Shown piece by piece: positions 49,279-60,015 of a stretch of DNA of 64,000 nucleotides. The notes below the pieces were generated by a model. That model was not told where the DNA came from, did not search any database, and was given only the letters and a program-made list of their open reading frames with translations. The translations under genes were made by a program, and so were the position numbers. Positions within the stretch are counted from its first letter, which is position 1. The number at the start of each line of letters is the position of its first letter. The stretch comes from Octopus vulgaris (Eukaryota). The DNA lies in NCBI GenBank assembly GCA_951406725.2, contig OX597843.1, positions 5,704,001 through 5,768,000 on the forward strand, written 5' to 3'.

Positions 49279-50386
49279 TCAAAATCAAACCAAACCATAT
49301 CAGAAAGCAGAACCAAAATTGAGGCCGATCAACATCAGTGGAAATTGCAGCTGTGGTTAAGCGAACCATCCGCTCGTGTCCGTTGCCAGCCTCTCCTGGC
49401 CCCCGGAGTGGTTGGCGTTAGGAAGGGCATCCAGCCGCAGAAACACTGACTGGGCCTGATGAAGCCGGAAGGCTTCGCAGACCCCAGTTAAACCGTCCAA
49501 CCCATGCTAGCATGGAAAACGGACGCTAAATGATGATGATATAGACAAACACATATATATGTAGTGGCTTCATTTGGGCATAGAGTAGATTTGAACCTGA
49601 ATTGGCAAATTTCCACGTAAAGAGCACCATCGTTACCTCGCTGGCACGTGACCGAGGTCATTGCCAGTGCTGCACACACACATGTGTATATACAAACAAA
49701 TGTATGTATAAATAGGCGTAGGAGTGGTAAGCAGTTTCAGGCCAGCAGAGCGTGACCGTTGCCAGTACCGTCTGACTGGCACGTAAAAAGCACTCACTAC
49801 ACTCTTGGAGTGGTTGGCGTTAGGAAGAGCATCCAGCTGTAGAAACTCTACCAGATCATATTGGAGCCTGGTGCAGCCTCCTGGCTCACTGGTCCTTAGT
49901 CAAATCACATGGAAAGCAGATGTTAAACAATGATGATGATTTCAAGAGCATTTTTCTCACAGAAGAAACAATAATGAGTGCAGTTACAATGAACACTTGA
50001 CCTTTCTAACCTATTTTATGCAGCGGAGAAGTGAATCGAGATAAAAGTCCACCTCCAATGAAACCTATTGTTCTCTGCAAAGTACCTATTTTTCGAACTA
50101 GTTTTGTAGAGTTATAAATAGGCACAGGAGTGTGGTAAGAGGCTTGCTTACCAACCACATGGATCCGTCCCTTCTACTATAGCCTTGTGAGTGGATTCGG
50201 TAGACGGAAAATGAAAGAAGCCTGTTGTGTATATATATACACACACAGGATTGTGGAGGCCAAGTGTTGAGGTGATGATAGTTTATTATTGTGGTGGTGG
50301 TAGAGCAGTGGTTGCAGTCTATCAGGATGACAATGTGTAGTTGTGGTGGTAGCACACGGTGTCCCCCCTCACACCCATCAACTCAC

Positions 50387-50547
50387 CTGTCGGTCATTCT
50401 CGTGTCCGGACTCGTCAGCCTTGGTCAAGTAGAATCGCATCCGGTCAGCCTGTTTCTCACTCAGCTTCTCGACAATGTTCAATGTCCGTTTACACAACGC
50501 TTGACCGATGGGGTCGAAGAACACAAAAATGAGGTCAGCCAGGTCAC
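50387..50547 (-). CDS. Dynamin/EHD-like GTPase exon (G4 motif TKAD)
   Basis: 161 nt, cag/gtgagt. Encodes GDLADLIFVFFDPIGQALCKRTLNIVEKLSEKQADRMRFYLTKADESGHENDRQ. Confidence 0.92.
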
Positions 50548-50607
50548 CTGTTAATCAGAGTTAACGATCAAGCAAATTAGTGTTAATTAGACTCCACTGT
50601 ATGTGTG

Positions 50608-50870
50608 TTAGTTAGTTAGTTAGTTAATTTTTTGGCTCAAAAAGCAAAGCCATGGAGGAGTTCAGGCCACTTGTGGTCAAGGGAGACTTTGAACCGAGCG
50701 GTCGTTGGCATCTTCACCATCTCGTCCTGCAGCTTATTCCACGGATCCGCAACCCGGACGGAGAAAGCCCCTCTCCTTCGATTGAGATGAAATCGTTGCA
50801 GATAGAGCTTTTCGGAGTGACCCCCGCAGCAGGAGTGAAGAACAGCTCTTTCGAGAGGTTACACTTTCCG
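50608..50870 (-). mobile_element. CR1-type LINE 3' fragment with (TAAC)n tail
   Basis: RGHSEKLYLQRFHLNRRRGAFSVRVADPWNKL...FKVSLDHKWPEL. The tail reads as GTTA repeats at about 50608-50626 on the + strand. Confidence 0.72.
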
Positions 50871-51214
50871 CTTGTGTATGCGCACGCACACATGTATATA
50901 TATACAAACAAATGTATGTATAAATAGGCGTAGGAGTGGTAAGTAGCTTGCTTACAAACCACATGGTTTCAGGTTCAGTCCCTCTGCGCGACACCTTGGG
51001 CAAGTGTCTTCTACTATAGCCTCAGGCTGACCAAAGCTGAAAGAAGCTGGTGTTAGGAACATAAATTGTGACTAAGGTTTGGTGAAAGATTTTAATTCAA
51101 AACATTTGTACTACAGAGCCAGAATTGGTATCAAAAGGTTTAAGATGACCAGATGGTCTTCAAAAGATAAGGAGGGCAGGGTTCAAATCACAGTAAAGGT
51201 ACGTGGTTACTTAC

Positions 51215-51355
51215 CAAGCCAGAGAATAGCCTTGTTGACATCAAACGGATACTTCATGTCCCCATCAACGAGGCCAGGGGAGTCAATGAATGTGACCAGT
51301 GGGAACTTCTTCTGCTTCGATGTCGACACCTCAGTGGTAAGGTAGTCAGTGACTC
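51215..51355 (-). CDS. Dynamin/EHD-like GTPase exon (G3 motif DSPG)
   Basis: 141 nt, cag/gtaagt. Encodes GVTDYLTTEVSTSKQKKFPLVTFIDSPGLVDGDMKYPFDVNKAILWL. Confidence 0.92.
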
Positions 51356-54300
51356 CTGATAATAGAGAGAGCACAGGTTCAAATAATGCCAACAGCACAT
51401 AGAGGTGGGGACCACTTCAGGGAGATTGATGAGCCAATGAGGTAAGCACTGTAGAGATGTGAGGGTGTTATTGCGACAATGAAGGAGATGGGGTTTCTGT
51501 GGTTGTTAACCCCTATTTCTTTATTACCCACAAGGGGCTAAACGTAGAGGGGACAGACAAACGGATTAAGTCAGTTATATTGACCCCAGTGCATAACTGG
51601 TATTTATTGAATCGACCCTGAAAGGCAAAGTTGACCTCAGAACGTAACGGCAGACGAAATACTGCTAAGCATTCGACTAAAGGCGGGGCTCCAGCATGGC
51701 CACAGTCAAATGACTGAAACAAATAAAAGAATGTACATATATATATACACACATATAATTAAATAAGTACAGAGGTCGATTCATTCAGGTAAAAATTCTT
51801 GGAGGTGCCCCAGCATGGCCGCAGTCTGACTGAAACAAATACAAAAAGGGGTGGGGAAGCAAAAAACCCCACTCAAGTAGATATATATATGTCATGGAAA
51901 CACAGTAGAAGGCACCACAAAACCCCATCACCCTACCTACACACTGTAGTATCTCAAGATGAAGCGCACACACACATATATATATATATACCAATACACA
52001 TTGCCCTACATACATACAGTCTATCACCTATTAATTTCTCCGTCTTATTCAAACATCAACACTTAAACAAACCTAGGAATACATCCAACTATTTGACTGT
52101 CTGCCTTCATCTTTCTAGCTTATGTTTGTCTACCTACCTATCTATCTTACTTCTTTATTGCCCACAAGGAGCCTAAACAAGGATAGACAAATCTATTAAG
52201 TCAATTACATCGACCCCAGTGCATGACTGGTGCTTAATTTATCGACCCCCGAAAGGATGAAAGGCAAAGTCGACCTCAGAAAGCAACGACGGACTAAATG
52301 CCACAAAGCATTTCGCCCGGCATGCTAACATTTGTGCCAGCGCACCGCCTTCATCTATGTGTGCATGTATGTATATGAGAGAGATTCTCGCATGTATACA
52401 CAGTCCTCACCCATCATATATAGCACACATTATATATTTATACACACATTCTTTTACTTGTTTGACTGAGGTCATGCTGGGGCACCACCTTGAAGAACTT
52501 TTAGTTGAGATATATTTAGATGTGTGTGTGTGTGTGTATATATACACATTCAATCCTCATAAATTGTACACCACATATATGTGTGTATTTTACTCTCTCT
52601 TCTACTTGTTTCAGTCATTTGACTGCGGCCATGCTGGAGCACCGCCTTTAATCGAGCAACTTGACCCCGGGACTTATTCTTTTTGTAAGCCCAGTACTTA
52701 TTCTATCGGTCTCTTTTGCCGAACCGCTAAGTGACGGGGACATAAACACACCAGCATCGGTTGTCAAGCAATGCTAGGGGGACAAACACAGACACACAAA
52801 CATACACACACACATACATATATATATACATAGATACGACGGGCTTCTTTCAGTTTCCGTCTACCAAATCCACTCACAAGGCATTGGTCGGCCTAGGGCT
52901 ATAGCAAAAGACACTTGCCCAAGATGCCACGCAGTGGGACTGAACCCAGAACCATGTGGTTGGTAAGCAAGCTACTTACCACACAGCCATTCCTGCGTAT
53001 ATAAATAACTATGCACGCACGCACACAGTCCTCATCAATACCAGAACATGTTCCATCCCGTCCTCTCTCTCTCCCTCCAAACACACACTCAGAGTGCTTC
53101 TCAATAGTACACCATATGTTGTGCCAATTAGTCAACATAAAGTAGTGGCGGTGGGAGATGAAGCAAGAGGGGAGGCAGTAGCCGTATGGAAACAGTGAGG
53201 TGGTAGGAGGTGTGACCTACATAATCACTCCTCCCACTCACACAGCTGACATTCCAACACCCAGATACTTAACCAATGACGGGGTCCTCTATGTGGTCGT
53301 TTGGTTTGCTGGAAATAACAGCTAAAGAACTCTCGGGTCACAGCTTGCTGCTAGAAACAAGGCCAGAGTCCACAGGATAATGTAGTGGTTGATATATATA
53401 TATATATGGCAGGTTGGTCATTGCTGGAATGCCTTTCTATCAGAAGTATGGTTTAGAAGGGATGACCTAGGGCTAAATAGCAATGCCTAGAGATAGCATT
53501 TTTCTACATATACACACATATATGTGGCTGTGTGGTAAGAAGTTTGCTTCCCAACCCCATGGTTCCGGGTTCAGTCCCACTGCATGGCACCTAGGGCAAG
53601 TGTCTTCTACTATAGCCTCAGGTCAACCAAAGCCTTGTGAGTGGAATCGGTGGACGAAAACTGAAAGAAGCCCATCGTGTGTATGTTTGTCTACCTCTGC
53701 CACTACTTGACAACTGATGCTGGTGTGTTTACATCCCCGTAACTTAGCGGTTCAGCAAAAGTACCAGGCTCACAAAGAACAAGTCCTGAGGTTGATTTGT
53801 TCAACTAAAACCCCTTTATGGTGGTGCTCCAGCATGGCCACGGTCAAATGACCGAAACACAAAAAAGAATACATATGTGCACACACACAGAAATACTCTC
53901 ACTCACAAGCTATCCTTAAATTTGGCACATTAAAAAGGCCCTCTTGCCCCCCCCCCCCCCCTCACCGATTATAATATGATGCCGTGTAGTCACATTCTAG
54001 AAATTTCTGTTCCTGCCATTTGATACTTCACCAATTTGGAACCAAGGACATGTGATACGAGAGGTTTAAATCCACCTTTGAATACAATTAGTTTAAAACA
54101 CACACACAGACATACAAAACCTGCGAAATTCACTTTTTGTTTATTTTTAGAGGTGTCGACATTTCTGCGATCTGGTCTCTGACACAGATCCAAAGAATCC
54201 TGCTGGAAATGGTGACACATCATGAAATGAACAAGAAGCGACAACAACCAATTCCGTCGTGTCTCTCGATGTGCAACAGTGGGTGATTCTGCGATGGCAC

Positions 54301-57300
54301 CGTTTTGGTTTCCACAGCACAATCTTGGAACAAACCATCTTGAACCGTTTTCGAAACACACACACAAAACCTGCTGAATTTGCTTATCATTTAATCCCAG
54401 GGAGTGCCAACATTCCTGCCACCTGGTCTCTGATACAGTTCCAGAGAATCACAGCAAAACTGTCGACACATTTAGAAACACACAGGAAGTGACGACCAAT
54501 TCCATTAGATAGATATATGGGTTTAAGACACAGAATCCCCCCCTCAAGCAACTCATTACACTGCTTGAGGGGGATTCAGTCTCTTAAACCTATCAATATA
54601 TATATACTCTTTTACTTGTGTCAGTCATGTGACTGTGGCCATGCTGGAGCACCGCCTTTAGTCGAGCAAATCGACCCCAGGACTTATTCTATCGGTCTCT
54701 TTTGCCGAACCGCTAACATACGGGGACGTAAACACACCAGCATCGGTTGGGGGGGGAAAACATATACACACACATTATATAGAATGTACAAGTGTGTATA
54801 ATGTATACACACACACAGACAGAAAACACTATATATATTTTGGCTTCAAGTTATTATATGCATACAACACACAGAGATTGCAAAACATAATATATTATGT
54901 ATAAAAGTATACACATACAGATATATATAAGCAAAATAAGACAAGGTAGAAAATGCTAAAATAATTTTATATATATTAGAAGAAATAAGGTCCTCAGATA
55001 TCTGGATGGTTTTATATTTACAGATTTTTATTAATATATCACATGTTTTTATAAATCATATATCAGCGCTTGCATCCAATCTGAAGAGTCTACTAGAGTA
55101 GATGCAAGCACTAATATATGATTTTTAAAAACCTGTAAATGTAAAACCATCCAGATTTCTGAATACCTTATATCTTCTAATGTATATATACACATATATA
55201 TATGTGGATGTTAGGCAATGAGCACAAAAAGAAGACAAGATGTGAGGGAGGATGCTGAGAAAGAGTGCTGCTGTTTCGGACATGTGTCCTTCATCAGATG
55301 AGAAAAGTGGTAGATAAACACAACTACAGGTGAGCATGATACAGGTTGCAAATCAAATCCACAAGTGTTTATTTTAAGAGCAAGATTAAATACACATACG
55401 AAATGAAGGAAGAAGATAGATAGGTTCATGAATAAAGACAGGTTCCAAATTGAGCTTCTGCTGCCTTTGTCGATTATTAACATTGCGGAATTCCTGAAGT
55501 AGATCCAGTGAAAATATACTCCAGCCATGGATGACACCAGGTAGCCTAAAACTGCGAACAGGCTTTACTTAACACTCTAACTGAACCGATACACACACAC
55601 ACATACAGACAGACATTGTGTAAACACTACAATTAGAGAAAAATGTAAAAAAGGGAGAACTTCTGACCCCAACCCTCCACTCCAGTCATGACAACTCTGT
55701 TGAATGATGATGACGTCCCTGTTGCGATGAAGAACCTTCTACAGCCCTTCATTTGGCAGCTCTCAAACAACAGAGAAAGCTGACCAGAGGAAGAACTACA
55801 TCAAGCTATCAGGTTCCGTCCTTGTGCGCCCCATTCCCACGGTGTGGAGGAGGGTGACAGACTGCCATGTCCTCCACCATGTAGACACAGCACAGCTGGT
55901 TCATTACTGTCCCCCAATCCATTGGCACTACCCCCCCCCCACCTCGGGCCCCAACTCACAAAGTACATATAGAAATACTATCACTCTCTTGTGCCCCCCC
56001 CCATCTTTACACAGTTATGATATTGTTCCACTGGACTCCTCAGTCAGTGCGTTCCCCCCTCCACAGAAGACAGACACTAACACCCTTTGTGAGACAGAGC
56101 CCCAAATACAGGGGTCTGCAGAAAGTGAGGTGTGACACCCTTTAACAGATAACAAAAAAGTTTGTATTAAAGAAATCTCAATATTACCCAGGGAGTCTTG
56201 GAAGACCCTGTTTTTGATTGTGAATGCCTGTACATTGCTTTTGATAGTCAACACTTTATACTTCTGGTAGCAGAGAAACCCTGGCCCTCACCACATGCAA
56301 AATCATTATCAAACACAACTATTACGACAATAACATCTTAGAAACACCATCTCTTCTTCATAGTTCAGGCCAGCAGACACAGAACTATTTACAACATCAA
56401 TAGCCTCAGACACTGTGCTGTAGGGGAATGTAATATCCCTAACAGCAGTAAGTACAGAAGAAAAGCAATTTAACCGTCACCAGAAAAAGAGTACAACACT
56501 TCCAGCGTGTGATACTGTACTCCATGTCAGAATGTGAAGTACAAATCTGGACAGTGGAATGAGTACAACACATCCAGAGTGAGATGATGGAGTACAAGCC
56601 TGGAGAGAGTACAACATATCTACCGTGTACTGCATGTCAGAATATGGAGTCCAAACATAGATTTGTACAGTGGAGAGAGTAAAATACACCGAGAGTGTGA
56701 TGCTGTACTCCATATCAGAATGTGGAGTACAAATTTCAACAGAAATAGATCTGGACAGTGGAAAGAATATAATATTGTACTCCATGTGGATCTTCTTGGT
56801 TGCTGATACTGATTTGGAAATTTTTTAAAAATCGAGTAAAAGTTTTTGAATACAGGTATTCACTGCCAAAGCACTTTCCAGACATCCACCCCATCCCCAA
56901 CAACCCTGTACAGGCGTTCACCACCACAATACTGTGAAAGCGTGCACCTCATTCCTGACAACATTACTCTATGAGTGGCCATCCCACCAAATTACATGTG
57001 TTTATTGCCACAATACTGCACACGCGTTCACCCTGTTATGCTGCCTACATGCATTTCCAAGATTCTCTGTCCCCATTCCATTCCATTGTTGACCATATTT
57101 GGCATGGAAGCAGGATTGCAGTTCATGCCATCAACTCTTGGCCTGTCGTCCCTTGGGTAGACTCCCATAAAAAGATATTCCTTAATTTCGTCTGAAGACA
57201 TACAAGCATTCACCCCACTCACAATACTGCACACCACCACTACAATACTCTATAAACGTTCATTATAAAACAATACAGGTGTTCACTGACTAGCATTGTC

Positions 57301-58139
57301 GTACATAATGTCGTACATCTGTGTGTGTTCACCTGAACTTACTGAAAACAAAACAAGTTGAATAAAAAAGAAAAACCCTGGCCATTTCTCAATGTGGACT
57401 GAGACCCAAAACAAGATGCAAGGACCTGGTCAGCAAGCAGCTCAGACTGTGATTCTAGGTGGTGTTGGTCAAAAGTGAAGGTTGATGGTCTTGAGACGGA
57501 AGCAGCTTAGACTGAGAGACTGGACAGCTCTTCATCAGGCAGCTTGGTTGAAGTGACCACAAGGCAACCTAAAGAGGAGCTGTCAGCCCAACAGCATCGA
57601 CCGGTTGGGGGGGGGGGGGCATGTGTGCATGTCCTGGGATCAAAGGTCAGGGGTCCATCAAGATCAAATCACAGTTGTTGTAGGGTCCAAAAGAAGAAAT
57701 AGAACAACACACAGGTAATGTAAAACAACAAAAACAGTGAAACCAGAAGAGTGACCATCAATTGATGGGGTAATGGTGGTGGCTTTGACGATGCTAGTGG
57801 TGGAGGTATTGATGATAATGGTAGAGGAGTGGTGCTGACTCCAAGATGGCCAAAGCCACACTGAGACGTGGGTCTTTGTTGACCAATCAGTAAGGACTGT
57901 GAAGGCATGTGGCTAAATATATATATAAATATTAATATTAGGGAAGTTATTTCCGAGTCCACAGGGGAGAGAAGTTCAATTTAATGGTACTAAAATGAAT
58001 TACTCACACTACTATATACATTTATATAGATAGGTTTAAGAGACCAAATCACCATTGAATGACATTATCCACACATGGGACTAAATATCAAAATTAATAC
58101 CTACAATTCTTATTTCAAATCATATACTTTACATTATAA

Positions 58140-58244
58140 AGACTACGCGCGTTTCATGACAACATATTCCTCGATATTGCTGAAATAGAATGTCTCTAAA
58201 TACAATACCATATTAAAACGATTATATTGCTAATCTTCAGGTCT
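58140..58244 (-). ncRNA. Type I hammerhead ribozyme-like motif
   Basis: Reads AGAC-CUGAAGA-[imperfect stem II, large loop]-GAAAC-GCGC-GUA-GUCU. The core is intact, stem I is 4 bp and loop III is palindromic. Confidence 0.6.
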
Positions 58245-58756
58245 AACTTATATGAACTTATTTTGCTATTTACATCCTACTGAGGGCGATTCTGTCTCTT
58301 GAAACCTATCTATCTATATATATATAAGTATGCGTGTGTGAAGGCATGTGGCTTACTGGTTAGGGTATTCAACACACAATCCTAAGGTCATGAGTTCAAT
58401 TCCCCGTGATGCATTGTGTCCTTGAGCAAGACACTTTATTTCACGTTGCTCCAGTGCATTCAGCTGGCAAAAATCTGTTGTACCTGTAATTCAGATGGGG
58501 CCAACCTTGATATATTCTGTGTCACACTGGATCTCCCTGAGAACTATGTTAAGGGAGACACGTATCCGTGAAGTACTCAGCCACTTGCATGTTACTATTG
58601 TGCACAGGATGTAGTTGTGGCGCTGGTGGTCATGGTGAGGATAATGATGGGGATGATGACAATGAAGATAATGATCATGATAAAAAAAAAAGGACAGCTA
58701 ATTGCAACAAGACGTCCCCAGAATAAAAATGGTAACATATTGTAGAGGGCACTTAC

Positions 58757-58811
58757 CATGTATTTTGCGCAGGGGTTCAAAATGGGGATAGAGGTGGAGA
58801 GTAGCATTACC
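58757..58811 (-). CDS. Dynamin/EHD-like GTPase, first visible internal exon
   Basis: cag/gtaagt on the minus strand, 55 nt. Encodes GNATLHLYPHFEPLRKIH+G and its phase joins the next exon. The P-loop exon(s) were not found and presumably lie beyond 64000. Confidence 0.82.
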
Positions 58812-59608
58812 CTGAAAGACAAAAATAAGATCTTTTGTTTTAGTTTATCCGGGGGCAACCAATCGTATTTCATACAGCAACATATATAAACATTTACATA
58901 GGAAGTTTGCTTCCCAACCACCTGGCTCCAGGTTCAGTCCCACTATGTGGCACCCTTGTGCAAGGGTCTTCTACTCTAGCCTTGGGCCAACCGAAGCCTT
59001 GTGAGTAGATTTGGTAGAGGGAAACTGAATAGGAGGCCATCATTGTTTGACAACCGATGCTGGTGTGTTTACGTCCCTGTAACTTAGCAGTTCAGCAAAA
59101 GAGACTGATAGAATAAATACTAGGCTTACAAAGAATAAGTCTTGGGGTCGATTTGCTCGACTAAAGGTGGTGCTCCAGCATGGCCACAGTCAAACGACTG
59201 AAACAAGAAAAAGAGTATACAAGTGGCTGAGTACTCCACAGATGTGTACCCTTAACGTAGTTCTCAGGGAGATTCAGCATGACACAAAATGTGACAAGGC
59301 TGGCCCCTTTGAATTACTGGTACAACTCAATCTTTATCAATTGTGTGGTCTGTTAGCAATGTGAAATAGAGTGTCTTGCTCAACAGTGTGCCACCAGGTA
59401 TCGAACTCATGACCTTAGAATTGTTAACTGAACACCCTAACCACGGTGCCTATTGGATTCCCAGAAACTACTTGCTTTTGCCAGCTGAGTGGATGGGAGC
59501 AATATGAGATGAAGTGTCTTGCTCAAGGACCCAATACGGTGCCAAGGATCAAACTCACCACTTTACCCTAATGACTAAGCCATGCCCCTTCACAACCATA
59601 CATATACC

Positions 59609-60015
59609 CAAGGGGGTGCTGAAAGGTTCCTGGCTTTTGAGTAAAAGGAAACAGAGGAAGACCATTCCCCTCTCACACTCACTTATTGCAGCAATCCTCC
59701 AGTTTTTCTAAACATTGTAAAAGAACTCATAAGGTTGGGCCTCCAACTAGGCCTTTCGCAAAACCCTTAAAGCCAGGAACTTTATAGCACCTCCTCATAT
59801 ACACAAGGGGGCAGCTGAAAAGATCCTGGCTTTGGTTGAAAGAAAATAGAGGAGGATCAGTTAATTATGATTTTACTCAACATATTCCCCTCTCAGATTC
59901 ACACACTTATTGCAGTAATCCTTCAGATTTGCTAAGCCCTGTAAAAGAAGTTGGAAGGTTAGACCTCTAACCAGATCTTTCATGATACCCTTAAAGCCAA
60001 CTTTTTAGCACCCCA
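59609..60015. mobile_element. Two adjacent mariner-type MITEs
   Basis: TIR GGGGGTGCTGAAAGGTTCCTGGCTTT / AAAGCCAGGAACTTTATAGCACCTCC, followed by a second, more diverged copy. Confidence 0.65.

Noticed and set aside
55790-57300. Repeat-poor stretch that might hide exons or a nested gene
   Set aside because: I found no phase-compatible exon or recognisable protein motif, and the GTPase exons 58757 and 51355 join without a gap. It is probably old TE decay.
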